Shown piece by piece: positions 61,001 to 64,000 of a DNA stretch of 64,000 nucleotides. The position numbers and the translations under genes were made by a program. A model generated the notes under the pieces. It searched no databases. It worked only from the letters and a program-made list of their open reading frames with translations, and was not told where the DNA came from. Numbering within the stretch: the first letter of the stretch is position 1; the number at the start of each line of letters is the position of its first letter. Source of the DNA: Rhizaria sp. SCN 62-66 (taxonomy: Eukaryota); the NCBI GenBank assembly GCA_001724265.1, contig MEDY01000078.1, forward strand, positions 62,001-126,000. The letters are read 5' to 3'.

Positions 61001-64000
61001 GCCCCCGCTGCGGCCGCGGCGAGGCCGTCATTCATGAACCCGCGGAACGTGTTCTACACACTGGCGAGTGCGGCGACGACGATGGCGGCGACGGCGATCT
61101 CGGCTGCCGCAACCGCCGCGCTGCCTCCGTCATTCCACCTGCCCATCCAGCACATGAACAACAGGCTCAACCCGGGGCAGAGCGCTGCCGCCGCCGCTGC
61201 CGCTGCCGCCGCTGCCGCCGCCGCCGCCAGCAGCGCGGCCGCGGGCGGTGGCGGCGGCCCCGCGAACGGCCTCGGCGTCGGCCTCAGCCAGGACCCCTGC
61301 GGGGCGCTGCATCTGCTTGACCCGGACTCGGACCATAACCTCAACAGCAGCAGCAGCAGTCAAGCGCAGACTGGTGGCCGCGGGCGCAACAACAGCGGCG
61401 GGGGCGGCGGGAATCGTAACAACAACAACAACGCCTCTCGCTCGAGCTCTAGCTCGCGCGCTCATGGCTCTAGCAGCGCTGTTGCGGCGACGCCGGCGAG
61501 CTCGCACTCGGCGCCGCTGCGCTGCCCGCTGCCGCTGGTCCTGGCGGACGTCTCTGCTCTGGCCACACCCAGCGCACTGCTGCAGCGGGCCGCGCAGGAG
61601 CTGGACGCCGCCGCGGACGCCGACCCCGCCGCGGGGGAGGCGTGGCGTCTGGCCGCGCTGCCCGCGGGCTGCTTCCTCGTTTTCAAGTCCATGACCAGTC
61701 TAAGCACCCCCGGTCTAAGTACCGCTGGCGACGGTGTAAGTGCCGCGGGCGCGCTGGGGTCGCCGGCGCAGGGCCCCATGCCCTTGTCGTCGGTTACGGT
61801 CCTGCAGCAAGGGCAGCCGCCTCAGCCTCAGAGCCAGCAGGGACAGGGTAGTGGCGGTTATTACGAGGGTGTGCTGCGCCGTAAGAGCACCGTTGTCGCC
61901 GTCGCCCCCGTACACCCCACCCTTACGCTCGGCCCCCGCATCGCGGCCCCGACAGCTCCTGCCGGCGGCTTGACTTCGAGTGGCGGCTTAACTTCTACCT
62001 CCGCGCGCTTCGCCGACTCGGCGACGCCCGCGCTGTGGTACCAGTCATCGCACTGGGTCGAGCCGACGCTGGCGGAGCTGCTGGCACCCGCTTTGGCGCC
62101 CAAGCTGCCGCTGCCGCTGCCCACCGCCGCTGCGAGCTCAAGCGCAGTCACGAGCTCGAGCGCGCTCAACGCCGGCTCTGGCTCTAGCTCTAGCTCTAGC
62201 TCTAGCTCGACTGCAAGTGCGGGTGCAAGTGCGCATAGCAACAACAACAACAACAGCAGCAGCGGTTTCGACGCCGTCGTGGTGGTTGAGCTGCACGGCC
62301 CCGTCCGCTTCGCTGGCGACGGGCCCCTGCCGTGCCTCGAGACGGCCTCGCTGCGCGGTCTGGCCGCCAAGCTCGACGCACTCGCAGGCGGCAGCGGCAG
62401 CAGCGGCAGCGGCAGCAGCAGCAGCGGCAGCGGCAGCAGCGGCAGCGGCAGCAGCAATGGCAGTGGCGGCGGCAGCGGCGCGGGCGTGCATGCAGATGAG
62501 AGTGATAACGATGACTACTACGGGTGGACGTCCGACTCCGAGAGCGGCTCGGAGAGCTCAGGCTCGGAGGCCGAGGACTCAGATGCGGACGCAGAGGCTG
62601 AGGCTGAGGCTGATGAGGCCGATGCTGTGTCGACTGAGAATCCTGAAGAGGCCGAGGAGGATTCATCCGAGTCTGCGAAGTCTAAGGGGGTACTTAGCAA
62701 GTCTAAGGGGGCCGGTGCGGTGTTGTTGGGCTGGGACGAAGTAGCTGGCGGGCCGATCATGGGGGATCTAAGTGGCCCCTCGAAGGATCTGAGTGTCACC
62801 GAGCGTGACGGCCACGACTCTGATCACACCCAGACGCAGTCTCAGAACAACGCTGCCGCTGCCACTGCAGCTTCAGCTGATGATAAGGCTGCAGCTGCGG
62901 TCACGAGCGACTCTGGCGCTGACGCCGCCAACATCAACGTTACGGTGAACCTCTCTTTCTCGAAGCCTTTGTCGCCGCGCCGCCGCCGCCGCCGCCACAT
63001 GCGCTGGGCCGTTGCCGCCGTGGAGGCCGCCGCCGCCACGGCCACCGCACACGACCTCCTCATCAACAACAACAACGACACCAATAGTACCCACGCAGCT
63101 GACTGCAGTGGCCATGACCGTGGGCAGAGTGACCGTGGGCAGAATGACCGGAAGTGCAAGTGCAACTGCGACTCGTCCCCCTCGCCCGTGCCGTACCCCT
63201 GGGCGCCGCCGGTGCCGGCGCTGTTGCCGCCGCGTGCGCTGCCGCCGCTGTCCTCGCTGTCGTCCTTGCTGTTGACGGCGACGACGCAGCCGCACGCGCG
63301 CTCGCTGCGGCGCGCTTTCCCGCTGCGCTGGGACTGCTTGACGTGCCGGCTGCCGTGGCTCTGTCAGGGCTGCGCCGATGGCTGCCACCGCGGCCACGAT
63401 AAGGTCCTTGTCGGCTCGGAGGCCGCCGTCGCGCCCAGGGGGCTCGTGCCCGCAGCGGTGCTCGGCAGCGCCGGTCACACGGCGGGCCAGTCCAGTGTTG
63501 GCAGCAGCAGCAGCAGCAGCAGCAGCACTGACGAGTCGTCTTCGTCTAAGGGGTACTTAGACAGCTTCCCCCCGCGCGTGTTCGCCGAGGCGCGCGCCTG
63601 CGGCTCCTTCCTGGCCGCCGTGGCCGCACATAAGGGCCGCGCACTGCTCGCGGCCGCCGAGCAGGCCATCGCGGCCAAGGATTTCCACGCCATCGAAGAC
63701 AAGTCACAGGCGCAGGTTCAGAGCGCGGGGCGGCTTGACTTCACTGCACTCGAGGCACTGTGCCCCTTCGAGCCCCTGATCTCCAGCGACAGCAACCACG
63801 CCACCACCAACGCCGCCGTGAACAGCGTCAACTACGGCGGCGGCGGCGGGGCCACCTCGCTGTCGCCGCCGTCGTCGCTTGCGTCGCCCCCGTCCCTCTC
63901 CAACAGCAGCAGCGGCGGCAGCAGCAGCGGTCAGGGGCAAGCGGGCAGTGGCGACCGCGGCAGCGGCAGCCGGTCTGGCAACGCGCCGACCTTCACGCCC
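58090..64000 (+). CDS. Very large low-complexity hypothetical protein; 3' end beyond the window
   Basis: Exons 58090-59444, 59645-60439, 60634->64000. GTACGT donors, consistent phases, and the last exon frame appears open to the window end. Confidence 0.7.
62680..62711. repeat. Tandem hairpin-element variant GTCTAAGGGGGTACTTAG-CAA-GTCTAAGGGGG
   Basis: One near-complete copy plus a half copy of the 20-bp element. Confidence 0.75.
63544..63562. repeat. 19-bp hairpin element GTCTAAG-GGGTA-CTTAGAC
   Basis: Perfect 7-bp arms; loop one G shorter than the other copies. Confidence 0.8.

Overview
Gene-dense eukaryotic (protist-like) nuclear DNA: GC-rich exons full of low-complexity tracts (poly-Q/A/N/S) and AT-rich GT-AG introns of mostly 110-250 nt. 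I reconstructed about 19 gene models by eye. Recognisable products are a protein with tandem CDC48 Nc-like domains, a RING-H2 E3 ligase, an RluA-family pseudouridine synthase, a BAR+SH3 protein, MBF1, a small protein with the SIL1 N-terminal motif, a MATE transporter, an ERCC6L/PICH-like SNF2 helicase, an FKBP-TPR protein, an organelle-targeted EttA and a B-box protein. Main finding: the genome appears to use a variant nuclear genetic code in which UAG is a sense codon (most likely Gln) while UAA and UGA remain stops. There are at least 21 in-frame TAGs in 8 genes, including one inside the conserved SNF2 helicase core; TAG aligns with CAG in internal repeats; and none of 17 gene ends uses TAG. 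Second finding: a small hairpin element, GTCTAAG-GGGGTA-CTTAGAC, and variants recur inside exons on both strands and in different reading frames. Also seen: a three-member local family of Q-rich coiled-coil proteins with a shared C-terminal motif. No tRNA, rRNA, CRISPR array or transposase was recognised. All family calls come from motif recognition, not database searches, and the organism is not identified.
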